A stretch of DNA of 53,353 bases, taken from positions 1 through 53,353 of the IMG/VR virus record IMGVR_UViG_3300044229_003740, one strand, 5' to 3'. A program made the position numbers and the translations under genes. The stretch's first letter is position 1; the number at the start of each line of letters is the position of its first letter. Below the pieces are notes generated by a model. The model ran no database searches. It was given only the letters and a program-made list of their open reading frames with translations, and was not told the origin of the DNA. Positions 45,003 through 51,858 of this stretch are shown here, piece after piece. Source of the stretch: a virus (taxonomy: Duplodnaviria > Caudoviricetes).

Positions 45003-45049
45003 GCGCTTACCACAACGAGGCCCTACGGGGCCTTTTCTTTGGAGGCCCC

Positions 45050-45430
45050 ATGGCCAGCAACCGCGAATGGACAACGATAGAGCGCGCCATTCTAAGTGAT
45101 GGCTATGCGCGAGGCCTGTCCGCTGAGCACATCGGCGTGATGCTGGGCCGCACCAAGGGCAGCGTTCACCGAATGGCCAGCAAGCTCGGCATCCGAAGCC
45201 CTCGCAGCGACCCCAAGATAGCCGTTGAGGCGTTTCTGAGTCGGCAGGGAAATCCGCTTGTCGAGGTCATCGCGCTGTATCAAGCAAGGCGCTTGGCGCG
45301 CTCAGACCTGGCGGCTGACATCGGCATCGACTGCACAACGCTCAAGCGGTTTATCCCGCCCGATACGTGGCAGTCATGGCCGCACAACACAATCGGCAGG
45401 CAGCTAGCCGCCGAACAACGCAGAGCTTAA
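45050..45430 (+). CDS. HTH-containing protein (start MASNREW)
   Basis: WT..E..IL...Y..G.S..HI...LGRT..SV..MASKLG; GGAGG RBS. Confidence 0.65.
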   Translation: MASNREWTTIERAILSDGYARGLSAEHIGVMLGRTKGSVHRMASKLGIRSPRSDPKIAVEAFLSRQGNPLVEVIALYQARRLARSDLAADIGIDCTTLKRFIPPDTWQSWPHNTIGRQLAAEQRRA

Positions 45431-45471
45431 CGCCTCGCTTAGCGGGGCTTTTTACTATCTGGGAGGTGGCT

Positions 45472-46860
45472 ATGAATGTCGAATACCTAGAGTTCGTTAA
45501 GGGTAAAACGAAGCTGGATCAGCCCAGCGGCTTCACGATTGATCATGACGCTATAGGATTCGGCGGCATGCAGTTGATGGAATTTCAGCGTCACATCGTG
45601 AAGTGGGCGCTAAGCCGTGGGCGCGCCGCCGTGTTCGCCAACACAGGGCTTGGCAAGACGGCCATGCAGTCCACGTGGGCCGGTCACGTTGCCGAGCATA
45701 CCGGCAAGCCGGTATTGATTGCCGCACCGCTATGCGTGGCTCGCCAAACGGTTAGCGAGGCTGCCAAGTTTGGTGTGCACGCTGAATACGTCCGAGACAT
45801 GCCCGGCAGCCCTGAGGGCATATACGTCACCAACTACGAAATGCTGGACAACTTCGAGCCTGACGCTTTCGCAGGCATCGTGCTGGATGAATCCAGCATC
45901 CTGAAAAACCGCGACGGCAAGACGCGAACCCGCATCATCACCGAGTGGAAGCGATGTCCCTACCGGCTGTCGTGCACCGCAACACCCAGCCCGAACGATT
46001 ACATGGAGCTGGGTAACCAGTCTGAGTTCCTCGGCATCATGGGCATGGATGAAATGCTGGCCATGTTCTTCACGCACGATGGCGGCGATACCGCCAAGTG
46101 GCGCTTAAAGGGTCATGGCCGAAAGAAGTTTTGGCAGTGGTTGGCGTCTTGGGCGGTCACTATCCGCATGCCTTCAGACCTAGGTTTTTCCGACGAAGGC
46201 TACATTCTTCCCACGCTTCACACCCACGAGCATCTGGTATCCAGTCAATACGGCAACGACATGTTCACCAGCATTGCTCAGAGCCTCACTGAGCGACGTC
46301 AGGCGAAGAAAGAAACGCTAGAGCAGCGCGTTTCCAAGGTGGCTGAAATAGTCGCTCATGAGCCTTCCGAGCCTTGGTTGATCTGGTGCCACACCAACGA
46401 CGAATCCGATCTGCTGCGCAAATCAATACATGGCGCAGTGGAAATACGAGGCAGCGACAGCATCGAGCGAAAAGAACAGGCCATCAACGGGTTCCTCGAC
46501 GGCAGCATTCGTGTACTGGTCACCAAGCCCTCTATCGCGGGAATGGGCTTAAACCTACAGCACTGCGCCCGCATGGCCTTTGTTGGACTGGATGACTCAT
46601 TCGAGCAAATGTATCAAGCCGTGCGCCGATGCTGGCGTTTCGGTCAGACCCGAGAAGTGCATAGCCACATCGTCAGCGCCGAAAGCCTGGGCGCGATCAA
46701 ACAGAACGTCGAACGCAAAGAGCGGCAAATGGAAGAAATGCAGGCGTCAATGGTCGAGCACATGGCCCTAATGATGCAGAAGCCTGCCTCCTCTGCCGCT
46801 ATCGAGAAGACCGAATACGAACCACAGCACGAAATGGTGCTGCCCGCATGGGTGGCATAG
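45472..46860 (+). CDS. SF2 (SNF2-like) DNA helicase
   Basis: TGLGKT, LDESS, TATPSPND, GLNLQ, QAVRRCWRFGQ; GGAGGT RBS before ATG 45472. Confidence 0.88.
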   Translation: MNVEYLEFVKGKTKLDQPSGFTIDHDAIGFGGMQLMEFQRHIVKWALSRGRAAVFANTGLGKTAMQSTWAGHVAEHTGKPVLIAAPLCVARQTVSEAAKFGVHAEYVRDMPGSPEGIYVTNYEMLDNFEPDAFAGIVLDESSILKNRDGKTRTRIITEWKRCPYRLSCTATPSPNDYMELGNQSEFLGIMGMDEMLAMFFTHDGGDTAKWRLKGHGRKKFWQWLASWAVTIRMPSDLGFSDEGYILPTLHTHEHLVSSQYGNDMFTSIAQSLTERRQAKKETLEQRVSKVAEIVAHEPSEPWLIWCHTNDESDLLRKSIHGAVEIRGSDSIERKEQAINGFLDGSIRVLVTKPSIAGMGLNLQHCARMAFVGLDDSFEQMYQAVRRCWRFGQTREVHSHIVSAESLGAIKQNVERKERQMEEMQASMVEHMALMMQKPASSAAIEKTEYEPQHEMVLPAWVA

Positions 46861-46864
46861 CGAG

Positions 46865-47749
46865 GTGATCATGAAAGTATTAAATCAGGAGTTTGGACCC
46901 GATTGGGCTATGTACAACGGGGATTGCGTCAGCGTGATCAGCGGCATGCCTGATGCGAGTATCGACTATACGATTTTTAGCCCGCCGTTCGCATCGCTGT
47001 ACACCTACAGCAACAGCGACTTCGATATGGGAAACGTCCAGAGCGACGAGGAATTCAGCGAGCAGTTCCGGTTCTTGGTGCGTGAATTGATGCGGGTCAC
47101 CAAGCCCGGACGCCTGCTTTCCTTCCATTGCATGAACCTGCCAGCCAGCAAGGTGCGCGATGGCTACATCGGTCTGAAAGATTTTCGTGGGGAGTTGATT
47201 AAGGCGTTTATCGACGAAGGGTGGATATTCCATAGCGAGGTTTGCATCTGGAAAGACCCGGTGACCGCTATGCAGCGCACTAAAGCGCTGGGACTGCTGC
47301 ACAAGCAGATCAAGAAAGACTCAGCCATGAGTCGACAGGGTATCCCTGATTACCTGGTCACCATGCGAAAGCCAGGCGAGAACCCAGAGCCAGTCAGCCA
47401 TACCAACGAAACCTTCCCGGTGGAGCGCTGGCAGCGCTATGCCTCACCGGTCTGGATGGATATCAACCCCAGTCGGACGCTGGCTTTTCGAGACGGGCGC
47501 GACCCGGACGACGAGCGCCACATCTGCCCCCTACAGCTTGACGTGATCGAGAGAGCAATTGATCTGTGGACCAACCCTGGAGACACAGTACTGAGCCCAT
47601 TCGGCGGCATCGGCAGCGAGCCAGTAAGCGCCATAAAAATGGGCCGCAAAGCTGTAGCGGTGGAGTTGAAAGAGAGTTACTGGAAGCTCGCAGTGCGCAA
47701 TCTCCAAGACGCCCAGGCTGCGCCCATGGACATGTTTGCAGGAGCATGA
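46865..47749 (+). CDS. DNA amino-methyltransferase (N4-C/N6-A, beta class)
   Basis: Catalytic SPPF near N-terminus, H.CP.Q, then SAM motif VLSPFGGIGS. Confidence 0.9.
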   Translation: MIMKVLNQEFGPDWAMYNGDCVSVISGMPDASIDYTIFSPPFASLYTYSNSDFDMGNVQSDEEFSEQFRFLVRELMRVTKPGRLLSFHCMNLPASKVRDGYIGLKDFRGELIKAFIDEGWIFHSEVCIWKDPVTAMQRTKALGLLHKQIKKDSAMSRQGIPDYLVTMRKPGENPEPVSHTNETFPVERWQRYASPVWMDINPSRTLAFRDGRDPDDERHICPLQLDVIERAIDLWTNPGDTVLSPFGGIGSEPVSAIKMGRKAVAVELKESYWKLAVRNLQDAQAAPMDMFAGA

Positions 47750-47949
47750 TTGTGCATGTATCCAGAAACCATACCGGCCACCGCGTCGGTGAATGCCATC
47801 ATCGAGCCAAGCTTACCGATAGCCAAGTTCGCAGTATGCGTGCTGATCGCGAAATGGGCATGAGCCTTCGAGCGCTGGCTAAAGCTTACGGATGCGGGCT
47901 GTCAACGGCCCGCGACATTTGCGATTTCGCCACGCGGTATACGGCATGA
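47746..47949 (+). CDS. Small HTH protein resembling the C-terminal DNA-binding part of HNH homing endonucleases
   Basis: GE.HH.AKLT..QV..MR....G.S.R.LA..YG. Confidence 0.65.
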   Translation: MIVHVSRNHTGHRVGECHHRAKLTDSQVRSMRADREMGMSLRALAKAYGCGLSTARDICDFATRYTA

Positions 47950-48140
47950 AGCCCACCACCAAACACTGCCCGCGCTGCGGCTGCACGCGCCTACGCCTCT
48001 ACCGATCGATCAACGAAAAGCAGTGCGACCGATGCCTGCACCGTTTCGATTGGCACTTGGAGCCCGGCCAGCAGCCGCTCGTCGGCCCGAGCCGCGACCG
48101 TTACATCATTACCGGAGAGCAACATGGAACGAAACCTTGA
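47946..48140 (+). CDS. Small zinc-ribbon protein
   Basis: CPRCG...K.CDRC; coupled. Confidence 0.6.
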   Translation: MKPTTKHCPRCGCTRLRLYRSINEKQCDRCLHRFDWHLEPGQQPLVGPSRDRYIITGEQHGTKP

Positions 48141-48306
48141 ATGCTTAGAGCGAATTATTGACAAGCTGACAGACCGGAACGAGGAGCTTGAATCGGAAAA
48201 GCTTGCGTTGCTCAGCGAGAACGATGCGCTGGTGGCCGAAAACGTAGACCTGCGCAAAGAGCTGGCCGAGCAGGCGCGGCAACTGGCAACTATGAGGGCA
48301 GCCTAA
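48124..48306 (+). CDS. Small coiled-coil protein
   Basis: GGAG RBS; heptad pattern. Confidence 0.55.
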   Translation: MERNLECLERIIDKLTDRNEELESEKLALLSENDALVAENVDLRKELAEQARQLATMRAA

Positions 48307-48307
48307 A

Positions 48308-49087
48308 ATGGACATTAACGACATCAAGCACTTGGCTGTCGAGCGCATCTATCTGGTGCCGGACGCCAGCGAAGGTCGGCTTGGCTACGCCTGGTGCGAT
48401 GACCCCGCGCCAGGCTTGGACATGGACCCAAGCGAGGCCGTGGAGTATGTGCGCAAGGACGTCCACGACGCCATCATCAAGCGGCAAGCGAGTTCCGCCA
48501 GAATGGGCATGAACGCAGCCAAGCAGCATGGCTCGCACATGGAAGCGGAGGCCAAGCGCCTCTATGCCGAGTGCAGCCCGCAAGCGCTGGAAAGCGAGCG
48601 TGAAGCCAATGCGCAACTAACCGAGCGCATCGCCGAGCTTGAAGCCCAGGTCGAGCAGCACAAAGCCGCCGAGGAAATGCAGATCAAGCTGAGGGAGAAG
48701 GCGGACGAGCGGGAGGCGGCGCTGGCCAGAGATGCAAGCTATCACCAGCAAGAGATTGACAGCTTGCTAGGTCGCTTACGTAAAACGCAGACCGAGCGTG
48801 ACGTGCATATGGCGCACTCGGCGCGGGTAAACGAAGTTCTCTTTAAGACGTTTTCCGCAATAGAAGATGGAGATGAAAGCGCCTTACCTTATGACGAATA
48901 TCGTGACGCTTTTAATGATGCGCCCACTGCCAGCCTCGCCCGCCGCGATGCAGAAGTTCTCAGAAAATACGCTGACATGCTTGAAGCAGAAGAAGCGCCA
49001 GACGCCGAAGCTGGGGATATGTGGGACGCGAGCCAATGCGCCGAATGGATGCGTGAGCAAGCGGAGAAAGCCGAGGGCCATCAATGA
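48308..49087 (+). CDS. Ead/Ea22-like mosaic coiled-coil protein
   Basis: ERIYL...WCDDPAP...AVEYVR.D, SP.ALESER.ANA.LTE. Confidence 0.55.
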   Translation: MDINDIKHLAVERIYLVPDASEGRLGYAWCDDPAPGLDMDPSEAVEYVRKDVHDAIIKRQASSARMGMNAAKQHGSHMEAEAKRLYAECSPQALESEREANAQLTERIAELEAQVEQHKAAEEMQIKLREKADEREAALARDASYHQQEIDSLLGRLRKTQTERDVHMAHSARVNEVLFKTFSAIEDGDESALPYDEYRDAFNDAPTASLARRDAEVLRKYADMLEAEEAPDAEAGDMWDASQCAEWMREQAEKAEGHQ

Positions 49088-49263
49088 CCCACCAGCCCAA
49101 GGGCGGCATGTGCATGGCCTGCCGCCACACCTTCGACAACTGCAGCCGCCTTCCCTTTTCCACCATGCCCGCCATGAGCAAGAGCAAAAGCCGCGTCATC
49201 GTGCGCTGCACGGAGTTTGAGCATGCTCGATCAGCTACCCAACGCCCGCCGCATCGTCGCTGA
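49084..49263 (+). CDS. Small Cys-rich protein (not in ORF track)
   Basis: MTHQPKGGMCMACRH...C..LPF..MP...VRCTEF; ATGA overlap. Confidence 0.6.
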   Translation: MTHQPKGGMCMACRHTFDNCSRLPFSTMPAMSKSKSRVIVRCTEFEHARSATQRPPHRR

Positions 49264-49292
49264 ATCAAGGCGGCGCAGGCTGTGGCGATTAT

Positions 49293-50631
49293 CGAAAATC
49301 GCGAAAGACCCCGTACTTCTAGTGCGGGGATGGATAGTGCGGGGCGCGTCAGCGCCCCTTGTGTTGCTCTACGTACTCGATCAGAACCTTCTCTACAAGA
49401 TTTGAAAGGTTACGATGCTCAGCTTCAGCCAGCCGCTTTAGCTCCTCCTTCAGTTCAGCGTCGAGTTTCATATGAAGGATAGCTTTTGCCATGTTGTCAC
49501 CATGTTGTTTATGGGTTAATATCGGCAACATGATAACAGGCGTCATGTGGCTATGAAACAGACCAAGACATTAAAAGTTCGCGTAAAAGACAAGCACGTT
49601 GCCCAGCTTAACCGCATGGCGCGCAGCGTGAATTTCGTCTGGAACTACCTCAACGAGCTAAGTTCAAGAGCGATTCGTGAGCGCGGTCTGTTTCTGTCGG
49701 CCTATGACCTGCATCCCTATACCAAGGGCGCCGGCAAGGAGCTTGGCCTGCATAGCCAAACCTTGCAGTGTATCGCCGCCGAATACGCCACCCGCCGCAA
49801 GCAGTTCAGGAAGGCTCGTCTCACCTGGCGTAAGTCGCGTGGCGTCCGCCGCTCACTTGGCTGGATTCCGGTCAATACCGGCGCAGCTAAGTGGAAGAAC
49901 GGTCAGGTATTCCACAATGGCAGCTACTTCAAGGTCTGGGATAGCTACGGGCTGAGTCAGTACAAGTTCCGCTCTGCATCTTTCAATGAGGATGCGCGCG
50001 GACGCTGGTATTTCAATGTTGTCGTGGATGCCGATAGTAAACCTAGCCTTGGGCAAGGCGTGGTAGGCATCGACCTCGGACTGAAAGACATAGCCACATG
50101 CAGCAATGGTGAGAAGCTGAAAAACGGACGCTTCTATCGCGGCATGGAAGACAAGCTGGCGATTGCTCAACGCAGCCGTAACAAGCAGCGTGTGAAGGCC
50201 ATTCACGCCAAGATCAAGAACCGTCGCAAGGATGCCTTGCACAAGTTCTCTCGCCGTCTGGTCAACCAGTACGGTGAAATCGTCGTGGGCGATGTCAGCT
50301 CACAAAAACTCGCAAAGACCAAAATGGCCAAGTCCGTGCTCGATGCCGGATGGGGCCAGTTGAAAACGATGCTGGAATACAAATGCGCTCACGCAAGTAT
50401 CGTGTTCAAGGAAGTGCGAGAAAGCTACACCACCCGCACCTGTTCGGCTTGCGGCTCGCTCAGCGGGCCACAAGGCGTAAGTGGGCTGCGAATAAGAGAC
50501 TGGGAATGCATGGAATGTGGTGTCTTCCATGACCGAGACGTGAACGCGGCTCGGAATATCCTCGGTCTCGCGGCGGGGCATCGCCGTCCAGAAGTGGGAA
50601 TCCCCGCCCTAAAGGGCGGGGAGGATGTCAA
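49293..50631 (+). mobile_element. Non-autonomous IS200/IS605-family element (tnpB + RHH gene, no tnpA)
   Basis: Inserted 3' of TTAT; left AAGA + CCCCGTAC-TTCTA-GTGCGGGG hairpin; right GAAT + CCCCGCCC-TAAA-GGGCGGGG hairpin ending TCAA. Confidence 0.85.
49349..49492 (-). CDS. Ribbon-helix-helix (CopG/Arc-like) protein
   Basis: LHMKLDAELKEELKRLAEAEHRNLSNLVEKVLIEY. Confidence 0.8.
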   Translation of the reverse strand: MAKAILHMKLDAELKEELKRLAEAEHRNLSNLVEKVLIEYVEQHKGR

Positions 50632-50647
50632 CGACACGACTGTTTAG
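49553..50647 (+). CDS. tnpB: RNA-guided endonuclease TnpB with rearranged RuvC-II
   Basis: VWNY, GIDLG, IVVGDV, DAGWG, VRESYTT, CSACG/CMECG zinc finger, HDRDVNAARNI. Confidence 0.92.
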   Translation: MKQTKTLKVRVKDKHVAQLNRMARSVNFVWNYLNELSSRAIRERGLFLSAYDLHPYTKGAGKELGLHSQTLQCIAAEYATRRKQFRKARLTWRKSRGVRRSLGWIPVNTGAAKWKNGQVFHNGSYFKVWDSYGLSQYKFRSASFNEDARGRWYFNVVVDADSKPSLGQGVVGIDLGLKDIATCSNGEKLKNGRFYRGMEDKLAIAQRSRNKQRVKAIHAKIKNRRKDALHKFSRRLVNQYGEIVVGDVSSQKLAKTKMAKSVLDAGWGQLKTMLEYKCAHASIVFKEVRESYTTRTCSACGSLSGPQGVSGLRIRDWECMECGVFHDRDVNAARNILGLAAGHRRPEVGIPALKGGEDVNDTTV

Positions 50648-50651
50648 AGAC
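50500..50651 (+). ncRNA. Predicted omega/reRNA overlapping the tnpB 3' end; guide ~50632-50651 (5' boundary uncertain)
   Basis: Established TnpB architecture; right-end hairpin and TCAA boundary seen. Confidence 0.55.
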
Positions 50652-50662
50652 TATGGCCGCCA

Positions 50663-51142
50663 ATGAGCGGCTTTTTTCCGCCCGGAGGATTTATGCAGCC
50701 AGAAGCACAGCTCAACCGCGCCCAGCGCCGCGCCCGCGAAAAGCGCGCCGCCAACCGCCGCTACGCCGGAATGAGCCGCAAGCAGCGCGATGCCTACGAA
50801 AACCGCGCTCGATTGTGGGCCAAGGGTGTCGTGGCCAACGGGCGGCACATTGACGGTAAATTCGAGGGCGAATGGACGTTCCCTGCCCACGTTCCCGCCG
50901 ATAAGCGGGCATCGGTCGCGGACTATGCCACCCATGCGCCGATGCGCTGGCGAGTCACGGCGTGCTTGGTGCTGCGTTATGACGACGGCACAGAAACACG
51001 GGAGAACGAAGCGGAGTGTAGCCAGCGGCAGAAAGTGGCCGAACTGTACGAGCTGCGTGAGCAGTTGATGCGGGAATTGAAAGCGGCTGCCAATACACGG
51101 TTCGTGTGGGACGAATACTACGTCATGGAGTGTCTAGGATGA
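50663..51142 (+). CDS. Hypothetical protein
   Basis: ORF with NRAQRRARE; alternative start at ~50693 has GGAGG. Confidence 0.65.
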   Translation: MSGFFPPGGFMQPEAQLNRAQRRAREKRAANRRYAGMSRKQRDAYENRARLWAKGVVANGRHIDGKFEGEWTFPAHVPADKRASVADYATHAPMRWRVTACLVLRYDDGTETRENEAECSQRQKVAELYELREQLMRELKAAANTRFVWDEYYVMECLG

Positions 51143-51432
51143 TTTCATCTGAACAAGCAGAGCGGAAGAGATTTGAACTTTGGTTCAACAACCATTACGA
51201 CATGGAGGCAATTACCGGGCCTGATGATGTAGAGGCTGCATGGGAAATATGGAAAGCAGCGCTCGCGGATTTTCCGGTAAATGCCGTTGGTTATGTCGGA
51301 TTGTCCAATGAAGGCGAACCCACACGTTTTCGAACAGGCCGTTTCGGGGGCGGTCATCCGGTCTACTTAAGTCCAATATCTGCTGCATCTAGTACTGAGC
51401 GAGAAGCGCATAGAAAGCAGGGGGGCTCATGA
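51139..51432 (+). CDS. Hypothetical protein (start MISSEQ)
   Basis: ER.RFE.W...AW..WKAA pattern common in phage early genes. Confidence 0.55.
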   Translation: MISSEQAERKRFELWFNNHYDMEAITGPDDVEAAWEIWKAALADFPVNAVGYVGLSNEGEPTRFRTGRFGGGHPVYLSPISAASSTEREAHRKQGGS

Positions 51433-51653
51433 GCACATTGCATGAGATATCGCGGGCGCATATAGCAGAGCTAAAAGCCATGGCGGCTAAGCGTTCCGAT
51501 TACAGCACGCGAGTAGAAAAGCTCAACATGCTGCAAAAGGTGAAGGATGAGAATCGCAGCAACCGACGCCTCAGCACCCGTGTAGAGCGACGACTGAACA
51601 AGCTGCCTTTTGATCGAATACGCGAGAGAGTTCGCCAGATGAATCTAAATTAA
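51429..51653 (+). CDS. Small basic hypothetical protein
   Basis: AGGGGG RBS, ATGA overlap. Confidence 0.55.
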   Translation: MSTLHEISRAHIAELKAMAAKRSDYSTRVEKLNMLQKVKDENRSNRRLSTRVERRLNKLPFDRIRERVRQMNLN

Positions 51654-51682
51654 CCGCCGCCACCAGGGCGGTTTCTTCGTTT
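51653..51682 (+). terminator. Terminator-like hairpin upstream of the integrase module
   Basis: AACCGCC...GGCGGTT followed by TCTTCGTTT. Confidence 0.55.
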
Positions 51683-51696
51683 CTAGGGGAGGCACA

Positions 51697-51858
51697 ATGA
51701 GCGCTCAACCCGATTTTCATACAATAGGTGAGGGCCAAGCGGCTATCATTCGGCTATTAGCACAGCAGGCAGCGCAGAAACACATAAAGGAGAAGGACAA
51801 TGCAGGCCGTCGTTTACGCCCGGTACAGCAGCGAGAAACAGGACTCCACGAGCATTGA
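51697..51858 (+). CDS. 53-aa ORF overlapping the integrase start (candidate directionality factor; not in ORF track)
   Basis: GGGGAGG RBS; MSAQPDFHTIGEGQAAIIRLLAQQAAQKHIKEKDNAGRRLRPVQQRETGLHEH*. Confidence 0.55.
   Translation: MSAQPDFHTIGEGQAAIIRLLAQQAAQKHIKEKDNAGRRLRPVQQRETGLHEH

Larger units (their letters stand above)
49223..50666 (+). pseudogene. 34-aa ORF interrupted by the IS200/IS605-type element
   Basis: Joining 49292 to 50632 gives MLDQLPNARRIVAESRRRRLWRLSTRLFRDYGRQ* with ATGA overlap onto 50663. Confidence 0.65.

Noticed and set aside
49553-50647. Nuclease-dead TldR-type repressor
   Set aside because: The missing RuvC-II glutamate is plausibly replaced by the downstream one, transposon ends are intact and the guide is simply the flank; kept only as a fallback
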